DNA of 64,000 nt from Patescibacteria group bacterium UBA3531 (GTDB lineage: Bacteria > Patescibacteriota > Minisyncoccia > Phycocordibacterales > UBA3531): assembly GCA_002376885.1 (NCBI GenBank), contig DFOW01000001.1, positions 79,381-143,380 on the forward strand. Direction: 5' to 3'. Below, piece by piece: positions 62,775 to 64,000 of the stretch. The notes beneath the pieces are model-generated. The model was given only the letters and a program-made list of their open reading frames with translations. It did not search any database and was not told the DNA's origin. The stretch's first letter is position 1. Every line of letters begins with the position of its first letter. A program made the translations under genes and the position numbers.

Positions 62775-63047
62775 TTATTTCTTCTTAGATACTTTATACA
62801 CCGACAAAATCTCTTTAATTGCTTTCTCTTGATGCTTCTTGCTCTTCATCTGTTCAATAGCATGAGTGGAGAGATGATTTTCGAGCATCATATCTTCTAT
62901 GGAAGAAAGAGCCTCTTTGACAGCTTGTGTTTGAGTAATGATATCAATACAATACTCTTCTTTTTCGGCCATTTTTTGGAGTCCTCTGACTTGCCCCTCA
63001 ATTATTTTTAACCTGTGCATAAGTCGCTTCTTGACGTCTTTTTTCAT
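62775..63047 (-). CDS. csoR: CsoR/RcnR-family metal-sensing repressor
   Basis: RLKIIEGQVRGLQKM..YCIDII..ENHLSTH; start MKKD. Confidence 0.88.
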   Translation of the reverse strand: MKKDVKKRLMHRLKIIEGQVRGLQKMAEKEEYCIDIITQTQAVKEALSSIEDMMLENHLSTHAIEQMKSKKHQEKAIKEILSVYKVSKKK

Positions 63048-63055
63048 ATGGGTGT

Positions 63056-63084
63056 ATAATACCCCCATAGGGTATCCATGTCAA
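63056..63084 (-). promoter_or_regulatory. sigma70 promoter with a CsoR-type operator in the spacer
   Basis: TTGACA-17-TATTAT; ATACCCTATGGGGGTAT (63075-63059). Confidence 0.85.
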
Positions 63085-63135
63085 TGCGTCGAAACGTGGA
63101 TAACTATATTTATCACAGGTATAAGTATTAAGAAT

Positions 63136-63579
63136 ATGAAAAAAATATTTGTTATTGCATTTTTTCTCGTTCTGACCTCCCCTCTTCTTGTCTATGGGCA
63201 TGCTGGTGAGACAACAGAATCATCTGTCTCCGGCTTCATGATGATGAGACAAATTGAGGACAGTGTACTTGGGAATGAACTCCATGAAGAGATGGAGGGG
63301 TTGATGACCAAAATGATGAGCGGGCAATCTCTTACACAGGACGAGATAAGTAGGGTGACATCTTTTATGGAGGAATACCCTGGTCCACACGCAACAATGA
63401 TGAATCGATTGGGATACGAAGGATACAGTTGGGGAACCCATCCTCATTACAACTATGGCCATGGCGGTGTAGGGATGTTTGGGTTTAGTACAGGGTTCAT
63501 GTGGGTAACGCAACTCTTGTTTTGGGGAGTGCTAATACTCGCCATCGTTGCACTTATTAAGTGGATTAATAAAAAATAA
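63136..63579 (+). CDS. Met/His-rich secreted or membrane protein
   Basis: Signal peptide, MMM / HEEMEGLM, C-terminal TM. Confidence 0.8.
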   Translation: MKKIFVIAFFLVLTSPLLVYGHAGETTESSVSGFMMMRQIEDSVLGNELHEEMEGLMTKMMSGQSLTQDEISRVTSFMEEYPGPHATMMNRLGYEGYSWGTHPHYNYGHGGVGMFGFSTGFMWVTQLLFWGVLILAIVALIKWINKK

Positions 63580-63580
63580 G

Positions 63581-63970
63581 ATGGAATACGGTTACAGAAA
63601 AAAAATAAATCTTTCCTTTGAGAAAGCTATAGAGAAGGCCAGATCGGAACTTACAAAAGAAGGATTTGGTGTGCTTACCGAAATCGACGTTAGGGACACC
63701 TTAAAGAAAAAGCTTGATGTTGAATTTGATAACTACATAATTCTTGGTGCATGCAATCCACCGTTTGCCCACAAATCTCTTTTGGTAGAAAAAGAAATTG
63801 GGCTCTTGCTTCCTTGTAATGTGATCGTATATCAGAATGAAGATGATGTGTACGTTTCTGCAATAGTTCCTTCAGTTGCCATGAACATGGTAGAAAATAA
63901 AGAACTAAAGATAATCGCCCAAGAGGTTGAAAACAAATTGAAAAAGGTTGTTGACAACATCAACACATAG
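63581..63970 (+). CDS. DUF302 domain protein
   Basis: GFGVLTEID, ILGACNP, IGLLLPCN. Confidence 0.92.
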   Translation: MEYGYRKKINLSFEKAIEKARSELTKEGFGVLTEIDVRDTLKKKLDVEFDNYIILGACNPPFAHKSLLVEKEIGLLLPCNVIVYQNEDDVYVSAIVPSVAMNMVENKELKIIAQEVENKLKKVVDNINT

Positions 63971-64000
63971 GTCGATCTTATAAGCCAACACGCTAAATTA

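Noticed and set aside
63090-63120. DnaA-box-like words as a replication origin
   Set aside because: Only one or two imperfect boxes, no cluster or unwinding element

Overview
AT-rich bacterial window, almost all genes on the - strand. Gene content and style suggest Patescibacteria/CPR, probably Parcubacteria (inference). Left part (1-39.9 kb): housekeeping genes (ychF, ROK kinase, TrxR/glutaredoxin, tRNA-Ala, ddl, uvrC/uvrA/uvrB, tgt, GH15-GH57-GT4 alpha-glucan cluster, diadenylate cyclase, PQQ-type sugar dehydrogenase, lysyl-oxidase-like protein). It also holds three paralogous very large surface proteins with different N-terminal heads on a shared stalk and peptidoglycan-binding tail. At least six GC-rich stand-alone ORFan cassettes are scattered among these genes. 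Each has its own sigma70-like promoter, a Shine-Dalgarno leader and a GC hairpin, whereas many core genes look leaderless (-10 box exactly 6 nt before ATG). A promoter- and terminator-bounded ~190-nt rod-folding, 6S-like RNA candidate lies at 28.4 kb, and several branched palindromic elements are present. 40-43.3 kb looks like an integrative-element remnant. 43.3-64 kb is a ~20-kb CsoR-controlled copper/metal/thiol-redox island (copA, CDF, cupredoxins, DsbA, CcdA, MsrQ-like, FNR-like, cfa, ABC-YHS). All calls are by eye from motifs; no database searches were run.
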